The position numbers and the translations under genes are program-made. Below, piece after piece: positions 1-12,220 of a stretch of 64,000 nucleotides of DNA. Numbering within the stretch: the stretch's first letter is position 1; each line of letters begins with the position of its first letter. Source of the DNA: Negaprion brevirostris (taxonomy: Eukaryota); assembly GCA_030324005.1 (NCBI GenBank), contig JARDVH010000025.1, positions 120,496,932-120,560,931 on the forward strand, given 5' to 3'. The notes under the pieces were generated by a model, which was not told the origin of the DNA, ran no database searches, and saw nothing but the letters and a program-made list of their open reading frames with translations.

Positions 1-760
1 CCACAGCCTTTCTTAATCAATTATCTTGGTCACATCTTCAAAAAAAAAATCAATCAAATTGGTGAGACATGATCTTCCCTGTACAAAACCATGCTGCCTG
101 TCATTAACTATCCACTTATTTCCAAATGTGCATATATGTTGTCCCTCCTGTTCTTGGCATCATTCTGTAGATGGTCTATTCTATTTCAGTATTTTTTTTC
201 AAAAGCTTCCCCACCACTAACATCAGGCTCACAGGCATATAATTACCTTGATCATCCCTGCTTTCTTTCTGAAACAAGAAAAGAGCATTGTTTTTTTCCC
301 AGTCACCTGGAATCTCACCTGTGGTCAAAAAGGTTGTGAAGATATGTGTTAAGCCCCCAGCTATTCCTTTCCTTGCCTCCAGCAGTACACTGGAATAAAC
401 AACGTCCAGCTGGTGAACTTAGTAAGGTTGCAGATGGCACCAAGATTGGTGGCATAGTGGACAGTGAGGAACTGATGCACAATTTTTTTGGATAAGTGTA
501 ACAGATGTTTTGCATCATATGTAACCTCATAAACCAAAATGTCAGCTGCTCTCGGAATCGATTTGTTATCCAACATTGCCATATTTGCATTTTGGTTAAC
601 ACAGGCGCATATACACACAATTCTCTCTGACCGCGCTTCTTTTTTATTGTACCGTTTAACTTGTATTTCTTCTCATTGCAACCATACTTTGTTGTGTTGA
701 AATCCATTTGTCCGATGGCAATCTATCCCACAAGTCAATGTAGATCCTCCTGAAATATCA
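1..760. mobile_element. CR1-type LINE RT fragments in both orientations
   Basis: Minus-strand RT remnant at 1-370 and plus-strand SKVADGTKIGGIVDSEE (FADDTK motif) at 421-470. Confidence 0.7.
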
Positions 761-2024
761 TGCTGCCATGTTAATCTCATTCTCACTGTTGGCTACATCA
801 ATACATTTCAGTCAGATGGAAGCTATTAAATTCTACCGTCTGCACAAAATGTATTATATGTCGATCAGAAGAGTTGGATGTACATTGTCTTCGGCGTACT
901 AATGTACATTTCCAAAGACCTTCCAGCACCAGAAAACGATGGGATGCTGTCTGAAAACCGACAAGCCGATTATTTATTTTCCAAGCTGAGACACAAGGGG
1001 GCGCAAAATCATTTCCTTGAGTTGAAAATGGCCATGATCCATTCATCCCTGAATACGTGACCAATTAACGTCACATAAACGTCAATTGCAAACTGCCCAT
1101 TAGCCGACGAAATATGGGCGTGTCCGCATTACATAAAGTTAGGCCCAATAAGCAACCAAACGGCAACCATATGTTTGAGAAATTTAACAGTCATAGACAA
1201 AGTCGTGTGAAGGACTGCATAAAGCCCATCGAACAGTTTCGTTTTATTTTCTATGGAGGGAGAAATATTCCTTTAACGAATTATCCGCGCATCATCGTTG
1301 TCAGGATGAAAAATCAAAGAGGACTCGGGAAGCAGACCGCTGAATACCGTCAGTGTTGGTATAAGTCTGTCCGCGTGCTCGTCCGCATTTACCGAACGTA
1401 TAGACAGAGAGATAACCAAAATCAAATTCATGCAGTATGTGTGTTCTACAAATTTTATCACGCTAAATAGCTGATCTGTTTCGATGACGATTTTTGTGGC
1501 ATATGTAGGCCATTCATTATTTTAGCAATAGTCCACAACCTACGCACATTCTGATACTATACCAATTGTACCTAATCAAAGATTTTCTAGCTGTCTTGGT
1601 GGATTTGTTGAGTGAAGTGTTTACTTTTCTGGATCGATATTCACTTTGATTATTGTCTAGCAATAATATTGGTGCAGGACTGCTGATGCTTGCTTTGCAT
1701 AAGTTACATTGCCATTCCAGAAGAACGTTCATTATCCTTTTCAACACAAAATGCATTGGGAGAAAGCGTTCCGCATTCTTGTGATTCCAATATATTTTGT
1801 AGTTCCTAAGAAGGATTAAAATTGCAAACTTTTTAGCTGGGTAAAATAACTTCTATTGCAAAAAAAAACACTGTGCATATTTCCAATCACATGGCACAAT
1901 TAGTTGGTGAAAGAAAATTTGATCGTTGACGGAAATGCCATTTATTAGCATTTTAATGGAAATTTGCAAAACTTTTTTTTTAATATCGGAATTTTATACT
2001 CTAGTATAATTGTCATAACATATG

Positions 2025-3040
2025 AAATGCTGGATAAACTCAAAGTCTGGCAGCATCGGTGGAGGAGTTACAGAGCGACGGTTTTGAGACTCAAGACTGA
2101 CCTTCAGAACTGAATAGACACAGAAATGCAATGGACGGTACAGTTGAAGAGCAGGGTTTGGAGGAGGTGCGGTGGAAGTGAAAGCCAGGGATAGTTTAAA
2201 ATGTAATAATGTCACAAGTAGGCTTAGAGGTTAGCATGCAGGTGAGAATGACAAAAACGTCAGATTGACGAGACTAATTATGTGTTGCTGATAGCATTTC
2301 AGGACTCAAGAGGTGGCATGAAGGTTAACAAAAATTATAGGAGGTGAAAGCAAAATAGAAGGACAAGTGACAGATGGCGCTGTGGAGGAAATGAGACTTT
2401 TTTGCATTGGAAGAGACCAAAAAAAAAACACATAAGAGGGAAGTGCTTATTCTAAAGTTGTTGAGTCCAGAAGGATGTAACTTTTGGTTCCTTCCTTAGT
2501 CTCATTGCAAATACTGGGACTTTTGTCACGTGTTCTCAAATTCAGTTTTCCCTGAAGCATTGTTAATCAGACGCTGCGTGGACTGGAACCAGAAAGAGGA
2601 ATAGAGAAGTCTGAAAAAAAAAACAGCAGATATGACTGTCTGTCGGGGAATAGAGAGAAAAAAAAAGACTTAACCCTACAGATGCTGCCAGATCTGATGA
2701 GATTTTTCAGCATTCACTCCACATTCTGCCATCTCTCTTTTTGTCATTATCAGCACTTTTTTCGCCCAGAATATTAACATTATTAATATGTTTATCTTGC
2801 GTCCATCAGACTTTTTTTAAAGTTATGATCTGTCCTCGAACATCTGTTCTGCCAACATCCTCCATGAAACTCTTCAATTGGATAATCCATGACTTTTCTA
2901 AACACTTCAGCTCTGGGGGAGTCAGATGAAGTCGAACTATTGCCAGTTCTTGTCTCGCCACAGATATTGCCAGATCTGTTGAGCTTATTAAAAATTTTCA
3001 CTCTTTATTTCAGATTTCCATCATCAGTGCTATTATTCTT
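2025..3040. mobile_element. Penelope-like retroelement terminal fragments
   Basis: aaatgctggataaactc..tctggcagcatc at 2025, with reverse-orientation copies cagatgctgccagatctg at ~2680 and ~2960. Confidence 0.45.
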
Positions 3041-3625
3041 TTATTGTTTGTTCCATTATCAATTCTGTTTGGTCATGTGACTATTGGTTCAAGTAAGAAT
3101 CCGTCTTCACTTAAGCTTTTNNNNNNNNNNNNNNNNNNNNNNNNNNNNNNNNNNNNNNNNNNNNNNNNNNNNNNNNNNNNNNNNNNNNNNNNNNNNNNNN
3201 NNNNNNNNNNNNNNNNNNNNCACACACACACACACGCGCGCGCACACACACACACATCCCATGACTTTTTTTAAACACAAGGGCTGTGTATAATTCCTTG
3301 TTGAAATCATACAGAGATTTGGACTCAATTACTTTCTGGTAGTGAATTCCAAAGATTCACCACCCCCTGGGTGAAGAGATTTTTCCTCATCTCAGTTCGA
3401 AAATGTTTCCCTTTCAACCTCACACTATGACTTCTAGCTTTGGACTCTCCCACTATGGGGAACATTCTTTGAACCTAACTCTGTTAGAATTGTATACGTT
3501 TCTTCGAGATTCCCTCTCCCTCTTCCAAACTCCAATTAACATAATCGATTTCGTCTCTCCTCATATGACAGACCTGCCATCCTAGGAATCGCCCTGGTAA
3601 AACTTCACTGTCCTACCTCTATAGG

Positions 3626-3788
3626 CACTGTAAGTAATCTCTCAGCCCCAGGTTAGTGTCCAATTGGATTATTTGACAGCAAAAGCTTTCGGAGCGTCAT
3701 TACTTCGTCAGTTAATGTTGTCCGAAAGCTCTTGCTACCAAATAAACCTGTTGGTCTTTAACTTGGTGTAGTGAGACCACTTACTATG
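3626..3788. mobile_element. Palindromic MITE-like repeat (~65-bp imperfect arms)
   Basis: gtaag..tctc..cc.caggtta..gtccaa..g..ttatttg..agc..aagctttcgga is mirrored by tccgaaagct..tgctaccaaataaacctgttgg.ctttaac.tggtg..gtgaga..cttac. Confidence 0.7.
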
Positions 3789-4019
3789 TCTAACACAGTC
3801 CAACTATGGAAATTCCACATCATGACTACCTCTATAGCAAACACATCTGTCATTACATACATCAAATCGAACACAATTCTCCAGCTGTGGCCTCATTGGA
3901 ACGCCCTGTGTTGGAATTCAAGTATCTGTGCTCCCTCTGCTTGACATGCTTAGAATCAGGCTCCTCGCAACTATCGAGTACTGAAATGCATATTTCAAAT
4001 GAGATGGTTGTATACTCAC

Positions 4020-4063
4020 TGTTTCATCTGCACTTGGATTTGGTATTTGGACCAGGGCAATTT
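4020..4063 (-). CDS. Gene A candidate cytoplasmic exon 2 (44 nt)
   Basis: ctatcctgtttcag|AAATTGCC...GAAACA|gtgagt with strong splice sites. Open as KLPWSKYQIQVQMK or EIALVQIPNPSADET. Confidence 0.5.
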
Positions 4064-4249
4064 CTGAAACAGGATAGTGCAAAATTGTAATTTTCAACAT
4101 TTTAAGTTATACAGAGAAATCAAAGTTCCACTCACGGTTCTTAAAAAAAACTGAAATCTGTCAGGCCAAGTTAATCACACTTCGATGCAAGCAATCATTA
4201 AATACGTTTCTGAGCTGACTTTTGAATCTACTTTTGCATTGAACACAGT

Positions 4250-4800
4250 AGCAGCGGTGTACTTCTGCAATTATACAGGGCGTTGGTGAGGCCACACTTG
4301 GAATATAGTGCGCAGTTTTGATCTCCTTATCTGAGGAAGGATACTCTTGCTGCAGCGGAAGTGCAGTGACGGCTTACCAGTTTGATTCCTGGAATGACGG
4401 GACTGAAGTAAGAGGAGAAGAATGAGAGGAGAATTTCATAGAAACAGATACATTTCTGGCAGCACTAGATAGGGTAGATGCATGAAGGATGTTCCCGAAA
4501 GTGTGGAATCCAGAATAAGGGCAAATATTTTACGGATACGGGGTAACTCATTTGGAACTGAGATGAGCAGGAATGTCTTCACCCGAGAATGGTGAGCATC
4601 CACAGAAAGAATTCGAAGCCAACGCATTGTTTATTTCCAATAAATAGTTAGATAAAGCTTTGCAGCAAAGCTGATCAAAGCATATAGGGAGAAGGCAAGA
4701 TAGAAGTATTGAGTTGAATGGTCAGCCATTATTATAACGTATGGTGGAGCACAGTCGAAGCGTCTAATTTATGCTCCAAATTTCTATGCTTCTATTATTA
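4250..4800 (+). mobile_element. CR1 LINE 3' fragment
   Basis: LQLYRALVRPHLEYSAQF*SPYLRKD motif followed by a CR1-like 3' end. Confidence 0.85.
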
Positions 4801-4867
4801 TCAGGGAATATATTTCAAATGAGGATCATTCACTTCCCTCAATTCTGTTTGGGTTTTTGCACGTTAC

Positions 4868-4914
4868 CGGAGTCTGTTGTTCCATCGTGCCGTTTGTCAA
4901 GATCTGAATACTTT
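4868..4914 (-). CDS. Gene A candidate cytoplasmic exon 1 (47 nt)
   Basis: tttccattgcag|AAAGTATT...CTCCG|gtaacg. Open in two frames: KSIQILTNGTMEQQTP or KYSDLDKRHDGTTDS. Confidence 0.5.
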
Positions 4915-5253
4915 CTGCAATGGAAACATTCTCAGATTGGTACTAAGAACTCCCGGGGTGCACCTTGACCCAATCAATGAATGGATCTCAGTGCTCCGCC
5001 TGCGAGTTCTGTCTTGATGCTAAGCAACGTATTTATTTCTAGTTTGAATACAATCCTTGACCAAAACTGACCAGCACTATCAACAAAGGGATGCATTTAT
5101 TCTGGAACAGCTCCATCATCTAACTCCACCTCGTCCTCACCCTATCCTATATCTGTAGTGCTGGCCAGCCGATCAGCTGATATTGCAATAATTTTGTTTA
5201 TGGAATGATATTACTGCTGGAGATTTTTATTGCATGTGAAATTTTCAGCTATA

Positions 5254-5568
5254 GGGCGGCGCGGTGCCACAGTGGTTAGTACTGCTGCCTCACAGAGCCA
5301 GGGACCTGGGTCCCATTCCCGGCTTGGATCACTGTGTAATTTGCACATTCTCCCTGTGTCTGTCTGGGTTTCTTCCAGGTGCTCTGGTTTCCTCCCACAA
5401 TCCAACGATGTGCAGGATAGATGGATTGGCTATGCTAAATTACCCCTTTAGTGTCACGGGGACTAGCTATGGTAAATGAATGGAGTTATGGGGATAGGCG
5501 TTGGATGGGATTGTGATTGAGGCAGACTTAATGACCCGAATGGCCGCCTTCTGCACTGTAGAACTCTC
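5254..5568 (+). mobile_element. tRNA-derived V-SINE (HE1-like), near full length
   Basis: gggcggc.cggtg.cacagtggttag.actgctgcctcacag head, V-domain ttgcacattctccctgtgtctg..tgggttt..tcc.ggtgctc.ggtttcctcccaca, and a CR1-like tail. Confidence 0.88.
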
Positions 5569-5675
5569 TCTACTTTCTTTATTTCAGTTTTGTTTGATTT
5601 TAAGTGAAGAGTGCGAAGATACCAACAAAGTATATCTTGTATTAAAATTGCTATTCAATATTTATGTTTACTTAC

Positions 5676-5771
5676 TCCTTTTTGATAGGATGACGCCCAA
5701 TACCGCAGAGGTTAGAATAAGAACCACTAACGCTGTACAAATCAAGCTGAATGTCAAAGTAAGATTATAAG
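5676..5771 (-). CDS. Gene A transmembrane exon (SYNLTLTFSLICTALVVLILTSAVLGVILSKR)
   Basis: ttttttttcctccag|CT TAT...AGG A|gtaagt, 96 nt. Uncharged hydrophobic helix followed by a KR stop-transfer. Confidence 0.85.
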
Positions 5772-6049
5772 CTGGAGGAAAAAAAATGAGAACAGTATTT
5801 TGCAATAAGTGTTGAATTATTACCACAGTAATTATAGCAAGGATGACTTTATCGTTCGTTTCATGGAGAAACAATGGCGTAATGAAATTGTCAAAGGACT
5901 AGTAATACAGAATCTCAATATTACTGTAATGGGGACCATTGTAGCTGGGGAAATTTGACTTGAACTAACCATTGTAGATTTTATTAAAAACCTAAACTGG
6001 TTCACAATCCTGAGGATGACGAAAGAGGAGACGTTATAAATATTATATT

Positions 6050-6430
6050 CGCAGGAGTTGAGGAATGAGGAGGGACCTCATAGAAGCATACAAAATTCAA
6101 ACAGGAATAAACAAGACAGATGCAAGAAGGATGGTCCTAATGGTGAGGGTGAAGTATGAGGATACAGGATAGACTGGTTAGGACACTGAGGATACATTTC
6201 TTCACCCAGACCATGGTCAGCTGATGGAATTCATGAACACAGAAAATATTTGGGGCCAAAACATTGAATGTTTTCAAGAGGTCATTTAGTATAGCACTTG
6301 AGGCCAAGGTGATCAAAGGATTTGAGGGAAAAGGGGGATCAGGCTGATCAACCATGATCAGAATTAATGGCGAAACAGGCTTGAAGGGCCGAATGGCCTC
6401 CTGCTCCTATTTTCCATGTTTCCATGTGTG
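6050..6430 (+). mobile_element. CR1 LINE 3' end
   Basis: RGDLIEAYKI-type motif, ending gggccgaatggcctcctgctcctat with a (ttccatgt) tail. Confidence 0.8.
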
Positions 6431-7528
6431 TTTTCAGACCCTTCAGGGGACTAAATCTACAGCCATTACAATGTATTGCCTACAATTGCGTCCAGGTGCA
6501 TAGCAATGTAGTTGACTCTGAAATGTCCCTCTGAGATGATCTTTAAGCCATTCAGTTCCAGGGCAATTATGGGCGGGCAATGCATTCCAGCCCAAACAAC
6601 GATGCCACATTCCTGGAAACAGTTAAATATAATTCGTTTGCAGAGGTTAACTTAACACACGAGATGGGTGTTTTGGCAACACACAGATGAGGGTGTGCAC
6701 GTAAATTATTATCAGCTGGTGGCATTGAAGTCAAGACAACAAATGAGAAACGGTGAGGCCGAGACAAATACTGTGGGAACTCGCATTCAGATCCCAGCGC
6801 AACAGCAAGTCAAATCGTACAGTCTGCATTTGAAATCACCTCTCAGTATCCATAAGCCTTGTGGGTCTGGGTACAATTCTCATCACTGCTGTTGATGGAA
6901 TTGTAATTCGGTTAATAAATACGGAATATAAAATGGGTCTCACGTATGTGGAACATGGAACTCCCGCTGCTTTTGGTGAAATGTTTCGGTTTACTGGTAA
7001 CCTTTCAGAGAAATCACTCAAACAGAACTGTGTCGCTGACGTGTGAGTGCAGTCGCACAGAAATCTGGCTGCCTCTTAACTGCCGTGGATTCAGAGTTTT
7101 GCAGCACAGCATGCTGCCCTTCGGCCCCTGGCCCATTGTGTCTCCACAGACCACCAAATGCCTTAACTATTCTAATCCCATTTTCCAGCACTTGGCCCAT
7201 GATTTGTCAAGTGTTCAATCCAATGCTTCTTCAATTCTATGAAGGTTCCCTCTGAAACTGCCACGATTCAAGGACAACTATGGATATGCTTCCCTTGACA
7301 GCGATTCCCACTGACCATGAAATAAAACCTGAGGTTATGGTCTGAGAGACCGCAGCGACATGGTGATAAATGTTGTAACGGCACGCAGAAAGGGGTGTAG
7401 GTCAAGTCTGCAAAATGTTCTCTGTCAATGAAGACTACAATGCTATGATCTATACATTTTGCAAAGTTGCTAGTTAAATGCAAATACATTTCAATATAGT
7501 ATAGAAACGATCTTTAAATTCCACTTAC

Positions 7529-7570
7529 AAGTCCTCTCTGTCGAAGCTTTATTTTTCGGTTCTGGACGGT
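7529..7570 (-). CDS. Gene A stalk exon (DRPEPKNKASTERT)
   Basis: ttctttctctttgttag|AC CGT CCA...ACT T|gtaagt, 42 nt, phase 1-1, located between the Ig2 and TM exons. Confidence 0.7.
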
Positions 7571-8964
7571 CTAACAAAGAGAAAGAACTAGTCAATTGAC
7601 TTGGGCGCTGAAAAGTGGCATATTTAATTGTCGAGACAGTTGTGCAATTTATATAGCACGAGGTCTGTGGAATGTGTCGCCTATACAATACCACCAATTT
7701 TAGGGCCCTGTCCGATACCAATTTCTAAGCCGTAAATTTGAACCACTGCTATTCGAATAAATGAAGCAGACGAGGCAGATAGATACACCCATTATTATCA
7801 GTCTGGTTAATGAGATACTAGGAAGTTAGAATGGATTGTTTTGTCTGTCACTTCGACACATTCTTTAACAGTAGTTCAGTTGCTTTCCCTATAGAGGTAA
7901 CGAGACAGATATTGCAATTCAACGGGTAATCATAGATCCAGTGAGCGGTAATCATGTATCATTTCACAGTTCCCAATTCACGCTCAGAACATACGTCGTA
8001 GCTTTGACCCTGGTACTCCAGGCATGTGACCTATCATCTCCTCTGTTAAATATTACACGTTGGTTTGATAGGCAATCACGTGACTGGTGATGTCATCGGG
8101 ATGTTTCACTGTTCCTGCCCCAGTTTCATTTCGTCTCTATGCAGGCATCATCTCCAACAATAAATCTGTTGTTCTTTTGTTTTTTTGATAAGAGAATACG
8201 GGCGCAAGAGGTGGTGCGGCTCGGTGTTGACAGAATGTGAGGGAATAGAGAGCCTGAGGAATGAGAAGACACGAGAGTGGGGTTCAGAGAGATTCAGATG
8301 AAGCAGAAGTTGGAATGGCGTGAGATTNNNNNNNNNNNNNNNNNNNNNNNNNNNNNNNNNNNNNNNNNNNNNNNNNNNNNNNNNNNNNNNNNNNNNNNNN
8401 NNNNNNNNNNNNNNNNNNNNNNNNNNNTTATGAGTGTGTGTGTGTGTGTGTTTGTGTGTGTGTGTGCATGGAGTGGGGTTGGGGGGGGAGGGGAGGTGAG
8501 AGTGTTTGTGGGTGAGAGGTTTTGGAGCTGAAGGAATGTGAGAGGATAAGAGGGTGAAAGCAGATTGTGTTCAGAATTTTGTTCTTCTCCCAGTTGCAGG
8601 TTGTTATTCACCCTCACAGACACCCACCATCATACAGTCTTCCACTCTTTTATATGGCTGAGTGTGAGCGAGTGATCGCTCTAAGCCTGGGAGTGAGGTA
8701 ACAGAACGTACTGTCACCCTATTGCATCTCATTTTGAGGACTGGTGGCATTACACCTACATTTTCTTGAACAAATTGTGCCTTTTGATATTTGAGTTATT
8801 TTTTATACTTCACGTGAAAATGCTAATAAAATGTTCGCACTTTTTTCTCATCGTTCTACTGGTTGAGATCCCGCAGACACGTTTTAAGCAAGACTGAGTT
8901 GCAATGTATGACCATTAAAAGTGTTAATTAATTAGTGGGATACATCACCTACCAATGAACTGAC

Positions 8965-9258
8965 CTGATACAGTGATTGATATTAAATTACTGCGAGCAG
9001 AATACACCAGTATACCGTTCACTTCAATGAGGCACTGACAAGTGTAGTTGCCCTCGTCGCAAAAGCTTAGATTTGTTATGGAAACGGTAGCGTTGTTCCG
9101 TCCTTCTGAAAGTTGGACGTTGGAAACTGCGTCGTCATAATCTTGGTAATAAAAACACTGACCAATACTGGCAGTTGTGCATGACATGATCACATTCCCG
9201 CCTGTAACAATGTCAGCTGCAGCTGGATGAAGTATGGTTAGAGGTGCTTTGATTCCTG
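8965..9258 (-). CDS. Gene A Ig domain 2
   Basis: ttttcag|CA GGA ATC (NAGNAG alternative start 9255)...TCA G|gtcagt, 294 nt. GGNVIMSC...DEGNYTCQC...YSARSNLISITVS. Confidence 0.88.
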
Positions 9259-9289
9259 CTGAAAACAAATAGAAACAGACCTGTTGGAC

Positions 9290-9620
9290 AATAGAATTCC
9301 CACAGCGTAAAAACACGGGTCATTCGGCCCATTGAGTCTGCATTAACATTCTGAAACGGCATCCCACTCCGGCCCTCTCGTCCACCCCGTCCCCATAATC
9401 CCACACATTTACCGTGGCAAATCCACCTAGCCTACACAAGTTTGGAGGTAAGGAGAGAATTTTCCATGGGTCATCCATCTAATCTAAATATCTTTGGACA
9501 CTAAGGGACAATTTAGCATGGCCAACCCATCTAACCTGCATACCATTGGTCAGTAACAGGCAATTTACCAAAGATAATCCTCCGAACATGCACATCTTTG
9601 TACACTGCGGGGCAATTTAG
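9290..9620 (-). mobile_element. SINE remnant with internal tandem repeats
   Basis: Repeated caatttagcatggccaa.cca.ctaacctgca.atctttg units, the reverse of the V-SINE body. Confidence 0.6.
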
Positions 9621-10772
9621 CTGTCATTGTGGTTCTTGTCTCAAACATTGTGTGACTCCAGGTTCCAAGTCTTCAGACTTAGCTGCATTGTGCAATTGAC
9701 GAATCCAGCTGTATCAAACTATGNNNNCAATTACGCTATATGGCAAGCAGAATATCCACCAACAGTTTGAAAGTCAATTAACACACTATGAATGGGTAGT
9801 GCCTGGGCATCTCACATCGGGAGAATGAACAAAATTAAATTAATAAGTTATCACAAATATAGTGCCACAAGACCAGTTTCAACAATTGGTCTACAATTTC
9901 GGTTATGCACCCTTAAGACCGTGACATTGTGGACCAGGCTACGAATTGAACACTTAAGGTGAATAGCTGTAATTAAGGAACGCATAGATGACAGATGAGA
10001 GGGGTGTGAAGGATGACACATAGAACTGTAAGTCTATGCTGATAATAGAAGGAACAGGCGTTGGATAAAGGGCCAGTTAGAAAGTTAGCTCTAAAATTGT
10101 AAAATTGGCCGACAGGGACACTTTGGGCTTATATGCTGTACTTTGTGTCCCTTCATTTAAATTATCATTACAGAACATTGGGGAATCCCAATTGTTTTCA
10201 CTTTTGAATGTGACGGTTCCCAGTGTTATGGTAATGTTCAAGTGGACTGGAACTCATAGATTCCCACCACAAAGATCCTAAAAAGGCACAGTATGCTAAA
10301 TAAACTGTGTACAATAATCCATGTCGTCTTTGCGTCTCGACAGTGCAGAAGGATGCAGTTCTGTCCATTGGGTCTGCATAGACTCTCCGACAGAGGATCA
10401 CACCTAGGCTGCTTTCCCCATGTATTTATCCTATTAATTTCCTTAAGCTAAGGGGCAATTTAGCATTGCCAATGAAATAGTTAGTTACAAAACTGGGAAG
10501 CGAAATATTAACTTTTTTTTTTACATGTGGTGACAAGCTCCTTCTTTTGGAGGAGGGGTGTAATGATTGTGTATCACATGATCTATCAGGCCAACCGTTG
10601 AGTTGGTTGTTTCGCAATTGGAGTTGATATATAGTTATTCATTTCCAATCAAAACTTTTTTTCGTTTATCTGCCTGGTTACTGGTCAATTCCTCACAGTC
10701 GTTACACCACCCATCTTCCACATGAATGCAAATATGATGGAACAAGTTGTTCATTAGGTCATGTGTACTCAC

Positions 10773-11060
10773 CCACTACAGTTACTTTGGCAATATTACT
10801 GCTTTCCGATCGTTTTCTTTTCAGTGCCAACAAGTAGACACAACGGTAGCTTCCTCTGTTTTCCGAAGTTACGTTGGCAATGGTGAAGACTACAGGTGTT
10901 TTTGAGTCGGTTTTACCCTCGAAAATCATATGTCTCCCTCTGAATATATTAAAACGTTTGGGACCATCCAATTCAACTTCACACTTGATGATGATGATCC
11001 CTCCTTCAAGTGCAAAACCCGAAATGGGATCCATGCTTATGACTGGCTTTGGAAGACGAT
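10773..11060 (-). CDS. Gene A Ig domain 1 (C2-type, LILR/LRC-like)
   Basis: ttccag|AT CGT...GTG G|gtgagt, 288 nt, phase 1-1. Translation DRLPKPVISMDP...IIIKC...FTIANVTSENRGSYRCVY...SESSNIAKVTVV shows the LPKP, GxYxCxY and SxxS signatures. Confidence 0.9.
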
Positions 11061-12190
11061 CTGGAAGTGAAAACAATTCAGGAATTCAGTGCTCCGGTAT
11101 AAGATCCTACCCGGTGTGGGTTACAAGCAAAAAAAAAATGTGTTCTGCACACGTAGATTCAAAATAACGCCGTTGCATTTATTTCAGGAGCTGCTGGCTG
11201 TACAGAGTGGAAAATAAAACTAAAACAGAATCCTGTGAAAAACGCCAAATAACATCACCATCAAATAATGCGAACAGCTCTTAAAGCAATCATGCAACCA
11301 CTTAAATGTATAACATTCCATGACTGCAGAAATCCTTCAAAAATGAACCCCTCTTGATATCTAAATAGGTACTTCGAAATTGTTTTCTTTGTTCTTTCTA
11401 AGAAGTATGTTCATTTTTCTTATTGACATAAATGCATCACATACCTTCGACTATGTTCAAAATTCTCGCTCAAACTGAAAGTGTTTTTAGTATTTTAAGC
11501 CAAGTCTCCAGTCTTTAGTAAGCCATTCCTTTACTGAGAACCCAATCTTGCCATTTATGTGAGCCAGTTCTCTCTTACATTATTTTCCCATCCCACACAG
11601 TTACTTGAGAATGAAGAGCACACATGTTGATGTTCATTCAATGCTTTGCAAAGATGCATGCTAAACTGAGGGAAGATCCCCTCATAAATGCAATGGCCAA
11701 ACAGAAATTATATGTGTTACACTATTTCAGAATGTAGCTGCACCAGCAAGTCTGAGCCTGTTTGCAATTGTGGAAGTGTTTTAGATGCAAACTGTTTGTT
11801 TGTTTGTTTGTTTCATAAATGACGTTGTTGCTTCTTATTCATCAAACCAGAAGTACTCCCAATCCCTTGATCCAGCTGTTTTTACTACCTGCAATATCTA
11901 TCTACCTTGCTACAAATGGAGCATCTTAACCATTACTCAATGACATATTTGAAGCAGACAAGCGTTAGGCGATAATTCACATTAACAAGCGAGAATGCAA
12001 CTATCACCCCTTGACATTCAATAGAACTACCATGGCTGAATCCCATACTTGTGAGTGAGTGTTTATGAGGGTGTTGAGGCTAAATCCTCTCCTCTTCTCC
12101 AAAACAGTATCATCAATGTATCTCTCTGGAAATAATTCGAAATATAATGAAGCATGTAAGGATGACGCATTGTGATAATTACTTACTCAC

Positions 12191-12220
12191 CCTGAGCTCT
12201 CCCAATGTCCAGTAATATCC
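12191..12220 (-). CDS. Gene A exon 2, 30-nt signal-peptide mini-exon (GILLDIGRAQ)
   Basis: attttacag|GGATATTACTGGACATTGGGAGAGCTCAGG|gtgagt, phase 1-1. It completes the signal peptide MFRLVFLLSLGILLDIGRAQ and joins the next Ig exon in frame. Confidence 0.8.

Noticed and set aside
798-1756. Possible terminal exons of gene A (acceptors near 1657, 1050 and 951)
   Set aside because: Several weak AG/GT pairs, but none chains convincingly in phase with upstream exons; cannot be supported without cDNA.
5254-5330. tRNA-like sequence (also 45168, 48349, 53746, 57065)
   Set aside because: These are SINE heads followed by V-domains, not tRNA genes.
9410-9620. Short spaced repeats superficially like a CRISPR array
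   Set aside because: Degenerate internal SINE duplications in vertebrate DNA, with no constant repeat/unique spacer pattern and no cas genes.
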